DNA of 64,000 bases from Sphyrna mokarran (lineage: Eukaryota): positions 25,358,001 to 25,422,000 of the forward strand of contig JAGIQG010000018.1 in the NCBI GenBank assembly GCA_024679065.1, written 5' to 3'. Shown here piece after piece: positions 1 to 13,009 of this stretch. Positions within the stretch are counted from its first letter, which is position 1. Each line of letters opens with the position of its first letter. The position numbers and the translations under genes were made by a program. The notes under the pieces are model-generated. The model saw nothing but the letters and a program-made list of their open reading frames with translations, was not told where the DNA came from and searched no databases.

Positions 1-1373
1 TATGTTGATATTGAGAGAGATTACTGTCATCACAGCTGTTCATCATATTCTCTGGGGCAATTCTCCCATTGCTAATTTTCTAGAGCAGCAAGTTGGGAGA
101 ATTGCGTGGTGGGCAATTTTCAGTATTGCTGTGGGAGTTTGTGCTTTGTTAGGATCTCTAGGCGCTGGATTTCTAGCGCAGTCTGATGCTGTAGGAAATT
201 GGCCGGGAGTCAGCACTAACACTTAAATGATATTTTACATATCATTTAAATGCTATTAGTGGGCCACAACTGAATTCTCCAGGTCAGCTAGGCTTTCCAC
301 CCCACCAGAGTGTTTCGCTTCAGCAGGGATTACATTAGCTCCCCATTTTTGGGGAGATAGTGGCCTAACCCCATTCGGGTGAAGAGGGGTAATTGGCACT
401 ACCAAGGGGCAATGTGCCCATGCCCAGGAGGCACCTAGCAACTGGGCAGAGCATTTGGGAGGAGGTGCCTAGAGGCAATCAGTTGGGGTGGGAGTTCCTG
501 CTCCACTTTGCACTGGGATTGAGGGGATCGGCCCCCAGGGCTGGGGGTAGGGTATTTTCTCTGGGTGAGAACCTGCCATGGGTGGGGTTCTGCCAGGGGT
601 GTTTCAGAAGGGAGACTTGGCACTGCAGGGAGCAGAAGGGCTAGAGATCTGGGTGGGCCGTCTGGGACAGTGGAGCTGGAAATGGTCAGGGGGGCCACAA
701 TTGGTCTGTGGAGATTTTGGAAGGCAGCACTGTGGGGATCTTGGGCTGACCAGCGATCGAGCTGGCCAGCAAACGGAATGTTGATAGTTCAGGGCAACTG
801 CACCTGCGCAGAGTCTTGCCAGTTCTGACTTCTCCAGCCGATTTAGGCCCTAGTCCCCAAATCTAATGATATTCATGCTGATGGCCACTGCAGTGCACAT
901 GGAAGATTTTAGTGTGAACTCCCACTGAAAAAGCCAGCGTAAATTACTCCAGTTTTCCCATGAATTCAACACTTGGAATTTTTTTTGGGAGAATTCTGCC
1001 CTTCATCTCTTTCCTGTACTCCACTTCAACATTGTTTGAGATCCGACCCACTATGGTGGTGTCATTGGCAAACTTTGAAAATTGAATTAGAGGAAGATTT
1101 GGCATAGGTGATATAAGGAGTATAGTAAAGGGCTGAGAACACAGTCTTGTGAAGCATCAGTGTTGAGGATGACTATGGAGGAGGTGTTGTTGCCTATCCT
1201 TACTAATTGCGGTCTCTGAGTTAGGAAGTCTAGGATCCATGCCAGGGGGAGGAGCCAAACCTCAGGCCATGGAGTTTGGAGATGAATTTTGTCAGAATAA
1301 TGGTGTAGAAGGCTAAGCAGTAGACAATAAATAGGAATCTGACATAGGCGTCTTTGTTGTCTAGATGCTCCAG
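1..1373 (-). mobile_element. Rex1/Babar-clade LINE reverse transcriptase fragment (1-53 and 1002-1373), split by a MITE
   Basis: Minus strand reads LEHLDNKDAYVRFLFIVYCLAFYTIILTKFISKLHGL, resembling the Rex1 LEHLDNKxxYVRMLFIDYSSAFNTI motif. A decayed KFADDTT-like motif lies at ~1050-1075. Confidence 0.75.
54..1001. mobile_element. Non-autonomous DNA transposon (MITE), probably PIF/Harbinger-type
   Basis: Imperfect terminal inverted repeats ggggcaattctccc (54-67) and gggagaattctgccc (987-1001). GC-rich noncoding interior. The Rex1 fragment resumes on both sides. Confidence 0.55.
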
Positions 1374-1531
1374 TTTGAATCCTCGTATCATAGTTTTTAC
1401 TTTTACTACTTTAAATCTCCAGCCCAAAAATCATCCATCAACTACAAACTATTCTGTTTCCTATCGCTCAGCAACTCTGTATCCATATGTGTATATCATA
1501 TTTACATCATATGTTAGATCCTACAATTCTG

Positions 1532-1668
1532 TGGGGTAAGTTATCCAGTCCCAACCATCGCAGGAATCATCACCAGTGGGACGAACAACTTAATGGACCA
1601 TTTTAAAGGTCCATTGATCTCAGGTGGGAATTTCCAAGCTCGTGGCATTCATATCTGGAAAATCGCTT
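1532..1668. mobile_element. Small degenerate palindromic MITE-like element
   Basis: GGGG start, ends loosely complementary (ttatccag / ctggaaaa), central 8-bp hairpin aatggacc...ggtccatt. Confidence 0.3.
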
Positions 1669-1744
1669 TCTACGTCTCACTAGCTGTTTGTTGAGGACTC
1701 CAATCTCAGTCAAAGACTTCCTTGAGGTAGCTGATACCCAGATA

Positions 1745-2080
1745 TTCATTATTTTCAGCACATGAGTTCAATTCCAATCATAAATTTAAATTTTCTTTAA
1801 AAAATTGGGAAGCTAGTGGATTGTCATAAAAATCCAACCGAAGGTTCAGGTTCTATTCTTTCTCCACAGATGGTGTCGGACCTGCTGAGATTTGCCAGCG
1901 TTTTCTGTTTTTTTTTTGTTAAGGCTTAGTAATGTCCTTACCTGATCTGACCTTACATAACTTCAGTGCCACACCAATGTGCTCCAGCAAGGCACTGAGT
2001 TGCACCATCACTTACTCAAGGACAATTAGGAATATGCAGTAAATGCCAGTCTGCCATGCCCATATCCTGAAAATAAATAA
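1745..2080 (+). mobile_element. tRNA-headed SINE (family B), interrupted by a Penelope-type terminal repeat at ~1845-1920
   Basis: Box-B-like gagttcaattcc and 3' tail ctcaaggacaattaggaatatgcagtaaatgc shared with LINE family B. The insert tctccacagatggtgtcggacctgctgagatttgccagcgttttctgttttt matches the repeat at 23370-23430. Confidence 0.6.
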
Positions 2081-3654
2081 AAGCAAAGAGAAATTCTGAT
2101 GGTTAAGGTGGGGAGTAATACCCAAGTGTCAGCATGCAGCCCACAGTGATGAGATAACATGGACATCAACATCCAGATGTACGAAATGGGAATTCTTTAC
2201 TCAGCTGATGATGTGAGTGAAGCTGCAGTCCCAGGTCAGGACATGAGTTCTATGTGATCCCTTCTGTGTAAAAGGTTTCCATGATAAAGCTTGATAGTAT
2301 TCTAAGACCATATGGAGAGGACTGTCAGTGTCATAACTGCTTCGTCCACTGAGGTAATGTGACTTCTCCTATCTTAGCTGATCAGGTAAGATCATTAAAT
2401 TTCTTACCTGTGTGCTTTATGGTCGAGGTGTTGTTCACACCTGTAGCCAACTCCTCCGATTATCCCAAGGCTGTTGTTTAAAGTGGTGTTTATCACACAG
2501 TGACCAGCATCCAGTCAAAATCACAAGACAGTAAGTGCTCTTGTATCAGAACAGCATACCTCCTTCCATCTATGACAAGGAGACAATCTGTTCCAGTGAT
2601 CTCCAAATTTCCATTTCTGTTGAGCTGTGTTAGTGGACATGTGTCAGCCCACATCCTTCTATGAATGTCTGTAGGTTGCCATTTTGAGGGTAAACTAATA
2701 GTTAAAAACAGTTAAAAATTATACAATTGTAATTTATTCACTGTCAGTCCACGAACAATCGCTCATCGTGTGCAAAGGTCCAACATCTCTAACTGCGACG
2801 CTGCATGGTTTAGCTTCCACCAATGTTATCATGAAGAATAATGACTCCGTTTTACTCCCCTTCAGAGTTATCGTTACACCAGTACTTGTTTAGTATCTGA
2901 TAAATTGCAATAAATTGGAACTAATTGGAGTCTGCTTTTTGCAGTGTGAATACTGTGGAGTTGCTCTTGTGGTCACAGTGCACCCTCTTGCAATGGGCAT
3001 TGAATGCAATTTCTTGGGTCCCACTGTACATTGCTCCTACATTATGCAGTGGGGGCTTGGGATAAGGGAGCCTGTTAGATATTCTGTTCCCTAATTGGCA
3101 TCACATATCACACATGGGTTAATACGTTCATTGAGAAACAGCTGGGAGAATTGATCAGCCAAACTATTCATGGTAAGTTGGAGTGTTTTATTAGAATTCA
3201 CATCCATGCTTCCTGCAACCTAAGAGTGCACTGATGCTAAACCTCTCGACAGGTTCAGCAGAGCATTCATGGTAAGCTTCTAAAGCAAAAATGAATATCT
3301 TTCTCCATCTTACTCCCTCTGAAAGATGATCTTTACAAAAAACTATTCACTGATTCCTGTGTGAGAATTAATTGGATTTTATTCTACTCTGCTCCATCTC
3401 CTGTTGTCAAAAGTTGCTAGCAACAAGCAGCACATAGAATTTGAATTCTGAAGGGGGCTGTGCTGCCCATATATTCAGATAATCCCCTTACTTCTGATCT
3501 GCAGGTTTGCTTGCATGTCTGGGATTTAACCTGTTACAGATGAATTCAGATCATGATTTGTCCAGGCCTTTTTAAAAACAGTTGTGAATTTTGTTGCATT
3601 TCAAGTGAACAATGTCACTAGAATGGAAAACTTTCCATGCAAGGTCTCTATATC

Positions 3655-3840
3655 AGCCAGCCCTCAGGCAGGTACAGCACAGGTTAGGTACAGACTAGAG
3701 CTCCTTTTACCCTGTCCCAAACACTCCCATAGCAAACACAGGACAGATTAAATGCAGAGTAAATCTTCCCTTACACAGTTACATTAAACATTTTCAGGGC
3801 AATTACAGCACAGGTTAGATACAGAGCAAAACTATCCTCT
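3655..3840 (+). repeat. ~65-bp tandem satellite-like repeat (about 3 degenerate units)
   Basis: Unit ggtacagcacaggttagatacagagtaaa-ctccct-tacac-gtccc-tcaaacactccc; related arrays at ~43965-44062 and ~62950-63180. Confidence 0.7.
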
Positions 3841-4741
3841 GATGGAGGAGGAGAAAGCAAAACAGTTGAGAGAGGGGAATACATATGCAGAAGAAGGAAA
3901 TGGGTCAAATTGTGTCAGTAATTTGGGGAAATCTATGCTAGCAGCTATGTGAGATTTTCAAATTCACACACATCTGACATTTAAGAATGAAATAAAAGGA
4001 AAATCACTTAAGTATCTTATTCCCGACAACTGAGAAATTCTCTCAGTTGCTTACATAGTACTGATTGTGGATGTATTAAAATACAAATAAATATTGAGAA
4101 GCTATTTCACTGGATGTAAGAATTTTATATTCTTCATTAAAAGAAGGGAATTAAGATGGTTAGTATTAGGTATGATGTGCACCATACCCAAATAATGCAG
4201 AACTTGGGTTGGCAACAGACGGGCTTCAACTGAACAATAGCACCCCCTCACTCCAAAAGCAGCACCTGCAGTCACTGAATATCATTCTCCTAGTGCACAG
4301 TTTGCCATACACCCTGCTTGAGTTCATAAAGCCATGGAGTCACCAGTGGCACAGAAGAAGGTCATTTGGCCCATCAAGTCCATGTTGGCTCCTCATGAAG
4401 CAAATCATTTGTGTCCTAATGCAGCTTTTGACTGCTTTACACATTGCTGACCAAATTCTTTTGGAGAGGAGTGGAAATCATCTTTATACATATGTATATA
4501 TACACAAATATATATATAATAAATATTGCATCACTATGTATAAATTGCAATGCTATTTATAGTGCATCACAATATATTGCAGCACTTTTTAAACTGCATC
4601 ATTGCTATATATACAGCAGAGCTATATGTTTGCTTAATACTGCAAGCCACAACACTAAGTATTATATATTTTATACATACTTCATCACTGCAGATACAGC
4701 ATCACTACATATATTATATCTTTATATCTATTTGTCTATAC

Positions 4742-5180
4742 ATTTTTTCCAAAAATATACTTTATTCATAAAAAATCTCAATTAAAACATTGCATGTTTA
4801 CATGTCAATAAATTGCAAACAGGTCAGAATAAACCATTTTACAGTTGTATACAGATTACAGTTATTTTATTTCAATAAGAAAAGATCCACAAAAATCTCA
4901 ATTATAACGTTGCAAATGTACATGTCTCCAAATTGCACAGAGTGCAGACTAAGGCATTTTTACAGTTCTATACAATCTACAGTTTTTCCATTTCAATACT
5001 TAAAGCTAAAACATGCCCCAAAAATTACTGTGTGCCGTTGTTGCTCAGATTGGCACACAGTTATGCAGATCGAGGGTATTCTGCAGTTCCCGGGCCCTCA
5101 GTCTGCCTCTGTTAAAAGGCCTTATGGTGTGGCCTTTCCCCATTGTGTCTTTGCAGCGGCTGCCCCAAGCTTCAGCTATT
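4742..5180 (-). mobile_element. Tx1-clade (L1 group) non-LTR retrotransposon 3' end
   Basis: Minus strand LKLGAAAAKTQWGKATP* (Tx1-like ORF2 C-terminus). The 3'UTR ends tatgaataaagtatatttttggaaaaaa and contains a ~120-bp tandem duplication. Confidence 0.7.
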
Positions 5181-5312
5181 TGTCTATAAATCGATATATA
5201 ACTATGTTTCTGAACCTTAAATCTGTTTTTATCCGTGTATCTTTTTGTAAGTGTATCTATTCATTAGATACCTTTCTCTGTCAATCTATCTTGATAATTG
5301 TTTAATTTCTAG

Positions 5313-5585
5313 TAAGAACATAGAACATTATAGCACATTACAGGCCTTTCGGCCCTCAGTGTTGCGCCGACTGTGAAACCAATCTAATGCCTATCTAACA
5401 TTATTCTAAAATCATCCATATGTTTATCCAATAACCATTTAAATGTCCTTAATGTTGGCAAGTTCACTACTATTGCAGGCAGGGCATTCCACATCTTTAC
5501 TACTCTCTGAATAAAGAACTACGTCTGACATCTGTCGTACATCTATAATTCCTCAATTTCAAGCTATGTCCCCACATGCTAGCCA
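5313..5585 (-). mobile_element. CR1 LINE 3' end
   Basis: agaacatagaaca tail; minus strand encodes a decayed FFxQRVVxxWNALP motif. Confidence 0.8.
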
Positions 5586-6198
5586 CATTCTGATGAAGGA
5601 TCTCATACAGAGTGTTAACCTATTGATTCTGTTCACTAATGCTGACTAACCTGTCTTACCTGTGTCTCCAGATGTACTGATCCATCTAAACCTGGGTGTA
5701 TATTAGCATCAGTCTGGGCTGGGGGATTGGCAACCAAAGTGCTTTTGGGAAATGAGTTGCTCATTTCAATATTTTGGTGAGGTTTTGTCTCTCAGATTTT
5801 ACCTATCTTAAAGCTTCAGCATTTGACATGTGGGCTACCCCACCTTAAGGAGAACCAGCAGCTAAAGGGAAGTGAGGATGCTGTGTGAAATAGGTAAGTA
5901 CTTTTCCAGAATGGTCCAGAAGAGATTGTAGTCCAGGAACAAGACAACATCCTACTACACAATGAAGAAATTGAATTGGGGGGTGGAGGAGCGGCTATAC
6001 CATAGTTGGAAGGTTAGGTGGGTTGGCAGCAAACGTTGAAAAGACATTGGGAGCAGAGATGGGGCTGTCAGTGATAATGGAGAAGCAACTCTGCTCCTCT
6101 AGGCCCACAAGCAGTACTGGAGAAATACTTACCTCCTTTGCACAGTACAACTCACTTCCAAACCAAACAGGCTGGCTTCCAGATGGGAATCTATTAAA

Positions 6199-6225
6199 AC
6201 ACACACACACACACACACACACACA
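6199..6225. repeat. (AC)13 microsatellite
   Basis: Directly visible. Confidence 0.95.
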
Positions 6226-7299
6226 TTGTATAGTTAAACCTTCACAGCATCTTCGGGAAATCCTGGACTTCTTTGACCAAATAAGAACAAAGAATTCTTT
6301 TCCCATTCAGTATTGGGACCTTTAAATCAATCTGGAATCTGGAGCTCAGCAATGGCTCAATGTGTGATGGTATCAGCTTGAGCGGAGTGAGTTCTAGACA
6401 TCAGGCTTGGCCTGGTGTGAGATGAGCTTGAGCTACTCTATGATATTCTTTCACAGTTGAATAACCTGTGAGTTCTCACTGTCTGGTTTTGTATGTGACC
6501 AGTGGTGACTTTGGTGAGATTTGAGGAGTAGCCAGGATGCATGGTACATGGTACATGACTGGGGAGACTTGAACCTCTGGTTCTCAAAGTTCTTTAATCA
6601 CTTCAAGCCTGGGTCTGTTGCGAACAAATTGATGGAAATTGATGGAAATTTAACCAACAACTCCATGATTGTTATAAAAATGATGGTAGAAGGTGGAACA
6701 TTAAGGACCCTGTGTTTTACATCTAGCAATTTCTTGCTAGCAGTAAGGAACAGAGAAAAATCTGGCAGAGAGGGAGGATGAATATCAATTGTCAGAAAGA
6801 AGCTAACAAAGAAATAAAGTTTGCAATATTTCAGGGTTTGGTATATTAGTTTTAAAAAGCTCTGGATTGTTACACTTCTTGGTGCATCTGCTTTTTACAG
6901 CTAGATTACAATTTTTTTTATTCATGCTCCTCATGTGCTTGTAGCTGAGATGGAAGCAGGATGCTAATTGTGTCACCCTTGTGATAACCTTGACAAATGT
7001 CTTTTGGCTGCCTGAGGTCTTTAGGCCCCGGAAACCTCTCACTGCAGCTATTCAAAACACTGGTGTCACTGGCAGAGGGACTGAGGAGTTGCTGTCCACA
7101 TGAGCAATGCTCTGAGAGGAACCTTCAGAAGCAGAACTCAGTTTTCCTTTTATCCTGCTGACCTGCTAAGCACAAGGAGCTGGCAAAGACACCAGGTGCC
7201 TCATTTTCCCCTCCCACTTTGCAATTGTTGCATTGAAATCATAGACATTGCACCTTTTGGTACTAGAACTGGGTTCTCTGCATGACCTCATGGCAGTTA

Positions 7300-10200
7300 A
7301 CTGTAGAGCAAAGGATTAACATCGAGAACCTGATGATTACTGATGGAACTATAATGTAATGTCACATGACCAAGACTACAATAACCATGTGGAAAGCATT
7401 GAGCTTTATTTGATGTGTAGATAAACAAGAATTTTCCTTACAATTAACAGTCTATGGCAGCATATCTATGGTAACTGGCAAACCCTAAAGAAATCCAATC
7501 TTGATCTCCAAACCTGAGATAAAACATGGTAGCAGTAGGTGGTGACAATGAATAGCAGATAAGGGCACACGAAAAAAATTCCAAGATTCACTACAGATCT
7601 AAAAGTTCTATAAGTCCTTGTAAAAAGGACAAGAAGAAAAAGATTAAAGAAATTGGAGAATGAGACTGTTAGGTGATGCAAATACAAGCAGATACACAGA
7701 CCTGGAATCCAGAAGGCAGTGAGTCCAGATAATAGGCTAAAAGCTAAACTATTGAAGCAGCAACAGATGCAGAGATGAGACAAAGCATGAAGTCTACATT
7801 GCCATTCCCAAACCTGTTCCAAAGTGCTGAAGATTCACAACAGGCTCAATACTGGGACAACTGAAGAAAGAGATTCTCCAGATAAAGAATAGCTTTAGCT
7901 TTGCATGAGAAGGACCGGAAGGATCAGTTCAGTACTTTACTCAATGCAGAATGGGGCCATGGCAGATGATGTTATTGCAAGATATATTTAGGAAGCTAAA
8001 CAGAGCAGTTGTTTATGGAGAAAGTCCTGTGGGAAAAAAATGAGTGAAATCATTCAAATAGGATCACAGTGAAGCAAAAACTCATGAAATTGGGAAAAAC
8101 TATGCCAACGCACCATCTTGAGATACTCTCAGTGTAGCAGGAGAACATTGCACAAGGGGCAACAGACTGCCACAACTGTGAGAAGCCAGGAGATTTTAAG
8201 GCAGTTTACAGATCCAAAGTTAATATAGCTTATAGAAAGAAAGAGAATAAACGACAACAAAACTATATAAAATCCAAAAAGTAGAAGAGCCACAGAAAAA
8301 ACAAACAAACTAGCCTTTTTCCTAGGATGGAAAAAGCTAGCACAAGGGGACACAGCTTTAAATTAAGGGGTGATAGTTATAGGATGGATATCAGAGGCAG
8401 GTTCTTTACCCAAAGGGGGGTTCGGGAGTGGAATGCCCTGCCTGCAGCAGTTGTAGATGCGCCAAGTTTGGTGGGGTTTAAGAGGTTAGTTGATAAGTAT
8501 ATGGAAGAGAAGGGAATGGTTTAGTTTGGAGGGGCATTGCTTTTTATATTGGTCGGCGCAACATCGAAGGCCAAAGGGCCTGTTCTGTGCTGTAATGTTC
8601 TATGTTCTATGTTCTATAAATAATCTTAGGAAAATAATTACTGGAGCATCAAATTAGGCATGATGGCATCTCACCAAATTCAAGCTAGATACTAGCACAT
8701 AATATTCAGAATTATCTGATGAAATTAAATGGCTTAAAATATCACAGCCATCCACCATCCAGCTGCAAGGGTCAGGAGGGACTGCACTAAAAGTAATATT
8801 TGGTAAATTAAGATTCAAGGATAAGGAACTTATTGAACACCTGTACCTTTTACAGAACCAGGAATCATCATTGCTGAGCAGAAAAGCATGTTTGCAATTG
8901 AGGCTAATGAAATTGCTGATGAGCAATGCAGTAATTGTTCAGAAATTAAAAACTATCCCTATTTTCTGACTTAGGAAAGCTGAAAGCAGAATGTCAGATA
9001 AGCCTAATGGCAGATACAAAGCCTTTATGCCTTCCCGCATTGCAGAAGGTTCCTTACCAATCTTCAGACAAAGTCAAGAGCAAGACTGAATGCATGTTAC
9101 AAGGAGTCATTTTTCCAGCATCCATACCAACAAAGTGATATTTTAGAATAGTCATAATACCAAATTCTAATAGTTCAGTTAGAATCTGCATAGATTTAAC
9201 TCAGTTAAACAAATCAGTAGAGCGTGGCATCAGTGGACAAAATGGCAGCAGTAGACGAAAATTCACCAAATTAGCAAAAAGCACTGTCTTCACAAAATTT
9301 GGCTTTTGGTAGTTGCCTCTGGATAAAGAATTCAGGTTGTTAATTATTTTTATCAGCCCACTTGGTTTTACCATTTGGAATTCCTTCTCCACCCAAAATA
9401 ATCCAAAGAATGATATTTCAGAGCCTGAAAGGAATGGAAGGAATAAAATGCCATATGGATGACATTTATGGTTCATTAAGGGAGAACATGACTGCTAAAT
9501 GAGAGCAGTCTCCAAAAATCTTACAAGAAGCAAATTTGACTTTAAACAACAAATATAATTGTGCAAAATCTATGATAACTTTCTTAGGGCACATTGCGCC
9601 AACTTTGCAAATTACAGCGAACCCACAGAAAGCCGAGATCATTAGAGAGTTCCCGCTGCCTTAAAACATCACAGATTTACAAAGGTTCCAGAGAATGGTC
9701 TGTCAAATAAGCAAGTTCCTATCGAACTTGACGGAAATCAATGAGCCATTACGACAGCTGTTAAGACAAGGTCAACAGCAGTGCTGGAATATGGATTTGC
9801 AAAATGCTTTTGACAGGATCCAAATTCCCCTAATTTCACCAGAAATTCTAGTACTTTAGAACCCAGAATGCCAACAACTGTAGCAGTCGATCATCATCTA
9901 CAGACTTGGACACAGTCCTGTTTCAGGTTCAAAATTCTGGACAAAGAAGACCAGTTTATTATGCCTCAGAATCTCTCACAGACACAGAGAAGAAGTATGC
10001 AACCATTGAAAAAGAAGCATTAGCAGCCACCTGAGCCTGTGAGAGGCTTTCTGATTATGTCATGGAACTAAGCTTTAAAATTCAAACTGAACATAAATTT
10101 TTTGTCTCTCTTTGTTAACCTAAAGAAAAATGCAAAAATGCCACCTAGAATTCAGTATTTTACACTGACACTCATGAGATATGATTCAGTTACTGAGTAC

Positions 10201-10800
10201 ATTCATGGGAGGTACAAGATGACAATGGATGCATTATCAAGAATACCAAAGGAAGGACACAATCTGGAAGATTTAAGTTTTATTGATGAAGTGGAAACAT
10301 ATATGTTACTCATTACCAAACATTGAGGAGAGTTACAAGAAATTAATCAAGAACTGAGATGATGAGTAAAAGAGAATTGCCAGAATGGATGGTCTGATTA
10401 TATTCCTAACAACCCAAAACTTCACCAGCATTTTGAACAGAGGAAACACCTCACAATCATTGATAATTTCTTAGGTTTTTAACAGCAGACTAGTTATCCT
10501 CAAAATACCTTTGACTCCAATATTCTCCAAAAGATTCATTAAGTTCACTTGGAAATAGCAAAATACTGAGTAATAGCCCAGCTGTCAGTTTGGTGGCCAA
10601 AAACCATTCGCTCCACTGAAGAGTTAATCATGAATTGCCTAAATGTGCGCTGAATAGCCAATAACAGATCGAACCACTGCACCTCCATTTTTCCTTTGAG
10701 TCAATGGCAATGCCTAGGATCTTCAGGACACATGGCACCTTGGACATTGTAGTGTCAAACAATGGAGCATAATTTGTCAATGAGCTGCTCTACACTCTGC
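7300..10800 (+). mobile_element. Decayed Ty3/Gypsy LTR retrotransposon (5' LTR, PBS, gag, pol); integrase remnant resumes at ~11765-11865
   Basis: LTR end ...AAACA (7526) followed by PBS-like TGGTAGCAG. RT motifs GFWxLPLDKE and HMDDI (~9300-9470). RNase H RRPVYYASESLTDTEKKYATIEKEALAATxACERLSDYV (~9945-10065). Integrase AQLSVWWP and HGTLDIVVSNNG. Many stops and frameshifts. Confidence 0.85.
8316..8616 (+). mobile_element. Young 5'-truncated CR1 LINE 3' end nested in the Gypsy element
   Basis: ORF 8327-8524 TRGHSFKLRGDSYRMDIRGRFFTQRGVREWNALP is the CR1 ORF2 C-terminus; (ttctatg)n tail. Confidence 0.92.
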
Positions 10801-10936
10801 GCAGGAATATGGGTGCAATTGTTCCAAAAAATGGAAAAGTGTCATGTTCAATCAGAAAACTGGCAGATCTTCCAATGAGATCTCCCCACACTTTGCAATT
10901 TTTTTGAAGGAAGTGTATTTTACACCATAATTATGA

Positions 10937-11726
10937 GGGGTGGAGTCTAAACATGCTGGCAAGCCTGGCTTCCCAGAGTTGGAGGCATCTTTTTTAAAGG
11001 ACGCCCAGAATCCCGATTAGATTTAACGACATGCCCCCCACCTCCATGTTTTTTTTTAATTCATTTGTGGGATATGGTCATTGCTGGCTAGCCAGCTTTT
11101 AATGCCCATCTCTACTTGCCCTTGGAGACCAGGTAAGGACAGCAGATTTCCTTCCCTTCAGGGATATTAATGAAACATACATTTTTCCAACAATCGACAA
11201 TGGTTTCATGGTTGTCAGTAGATTCTTAATACCAGATTTTTTTTGAATTCAAATTCCATCATCTGCAGTGGCGGGATTTGAACCCAGCCCCCAAAACATT
11301 AGCTGTGCTTCTGGATTAATAGTCTAGTGATAATACCACTCGGTCATCATTTGCCAGCATTGGAACCTTGCCAATGGGTCCTCCTTCAGGTTTGCCCCCT
11401 TGCCAAGATGCTGGGGGAGTGCCCTGTCATGCTTCCAATCACCTGGGGATTGTGATGGCTTCTGAGCTCCTGGCATGGTCATCAAATCTGATCTCTGTTT
11501 GTAGAGGCTAGTAGTGATTCCCGCTGGCTTTATGTCACACCAGCAGGTGAGAACATATGATATTCCCGGGAGGTTTGGCGTTAGCTAGTTTTGAGTATTA
11601 AAATATATTTAAATGAATAGTAATCAGGTTCATGCCTGGCACAAATCATGTTTCAAGCTTCTCCCAGAATCTTCCTGACATTGTGGAATTTGTGTCAGGT
11701 GAAATTTGACTGTAAAATTGCCCCCA
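10937..11726. mobile_element. Degenerate GGG...CCC-terminated MITE-like element with a nested SINE
   Basis: Starts ggggtggag and ends gtaaaattgccccc; interrupts the Gypsy integrase. Confidence 0.4.
11050..11348 (-). mobile_element. tRNA-headed SINE (family B)
   Basis: Minus strand has box B GGTTCAAATCC, the body gaaggaaatctgctgtccttacctggtc, the tail caagggcaagtagatgggcattaaaagctggctagccagc and an A-rich end. Confidence 0.75.
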
Positions 11727-11879
11727 TTGTTTCAGGTATGTGACAATCAGGAATTGCCTAAATCAGGACCTAATGAAAAAGAACAAAGGTATTAACTTAG
11801 CCCTACTTAACTATAGAACCTCAGTGCTAATTGCCATCAGAACTATCGATGGGAAAAACACACTATCAACTCGATGTGT

Positions 11880-12990
11880 TGAAGGCATTCTTCTTTAAAT
11901 AATTTGTGAATTCTTGCAAAATGAGCTGCAGCCCATTGTCCCTCACAGTTGTTCCAAATCTTTCAAAAATCTTATCCAGTTTTTCTACTGTTCTTCCTGA
12001 GACCATTGGTCCTCAGACTATTTTGAGTGCATGTCAACAATAATGAGAATATATGCCTTTTGAATAGTCCAGCATAATCTACGTGATCTCTTTGTGATGG
12101 CCCTTCTGACCATTCCCATAAAAGTAATGGCGGCAAGTTCTGAAATTTAATGGGTGTGAACTTGATTATGTTGCCGGTGTGGGAGAGTGAATTGGAAATT
12201 GCATACTTGCCAGTACAATTACAATTTCAGGCTTCACCAGGTCTTGAGTCCCTGCCAATGATCTCATGAATGGGGAGTGCAAGCTCAAGATCATGCCCAA
12301 TAAATTGCGTAATGGCTTAAATATCATTGCTTGATTACAGACAAACTTCCCCTAATAGTTCAATAAGCCAAAAAAACACAAAGTTAATTGACATTTTGAG
12401 GTACAAAATGTCTGTAGTGACTTTGACTTTTGAAGGTGATTTGTACAATCCCTTTGCACCTATGACATGACCCAAATAATGAATAGAACTTTGGAAAAAT
12501 TCACATTTATCTTTCTGTATTCTTAATCCATAATCTTCTAGACTCTACAGTGTGGCATCTACATTGTGGAAATGTTCTTCCTCATTCTTTCAAATAACTC
12601 AAATATTATGTAAATAACAATGGATTTCTTCCAACTTAAAATTTGATCCATGTCATGTTGGAACCAAATGGGTACGGATGTGATGCCAATTGGAAGTCTT
12701 TTATCTTGAATAGCTCTTTATGTGTCACGATTGTCAAATGTTGTTGTGAATCTGGATCCACATTCATCTGGAGATAATCTTGACTAAGGTCAGTTTTACT
12801 GAAGTATTGGTCTCCAGCCAACCCAGCAAATAAAATAAGATACTGTTCTGTACACAGTACCAGATTGATAGTGACTTTGAAATCGCCACAAATGTATACC
12901 AATCTGATATTCTCATTATGAATACTACCGTCCTGGTCCAGTCACTCACATTAACAGGTGTTCAAGGACTCCCATCTTGACCAGCTGCTC
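11880..12990 (-). mobile_element. Second decayed Ty3/Gypsy pol fragment (RT and integrase)
   Basis: ORF 12636-12902 ICGDFKVTIN...LFAGLAGDQYFSKTDLSQDYLQM is Gypsy RT; integrase WEW...HVDYAG motif at ~12070-12118. Confidence 0.8.
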
Positions 12991-13009
12991 CTGTTTTTTG
13001 TGCTCATGA

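Noticed and set aside
256-828. Cluster of overlapping ORFs in a GC-rich block
   Set aside because: Interior of a MITE; high GC explains the scarcity of stops.
4209-5305. Overlapping 113-171 aa ORFs
   Set aside because: AT-rich low-complexity sequence and the antisense strand of a Tx1 3'UTR; no protein-like features.
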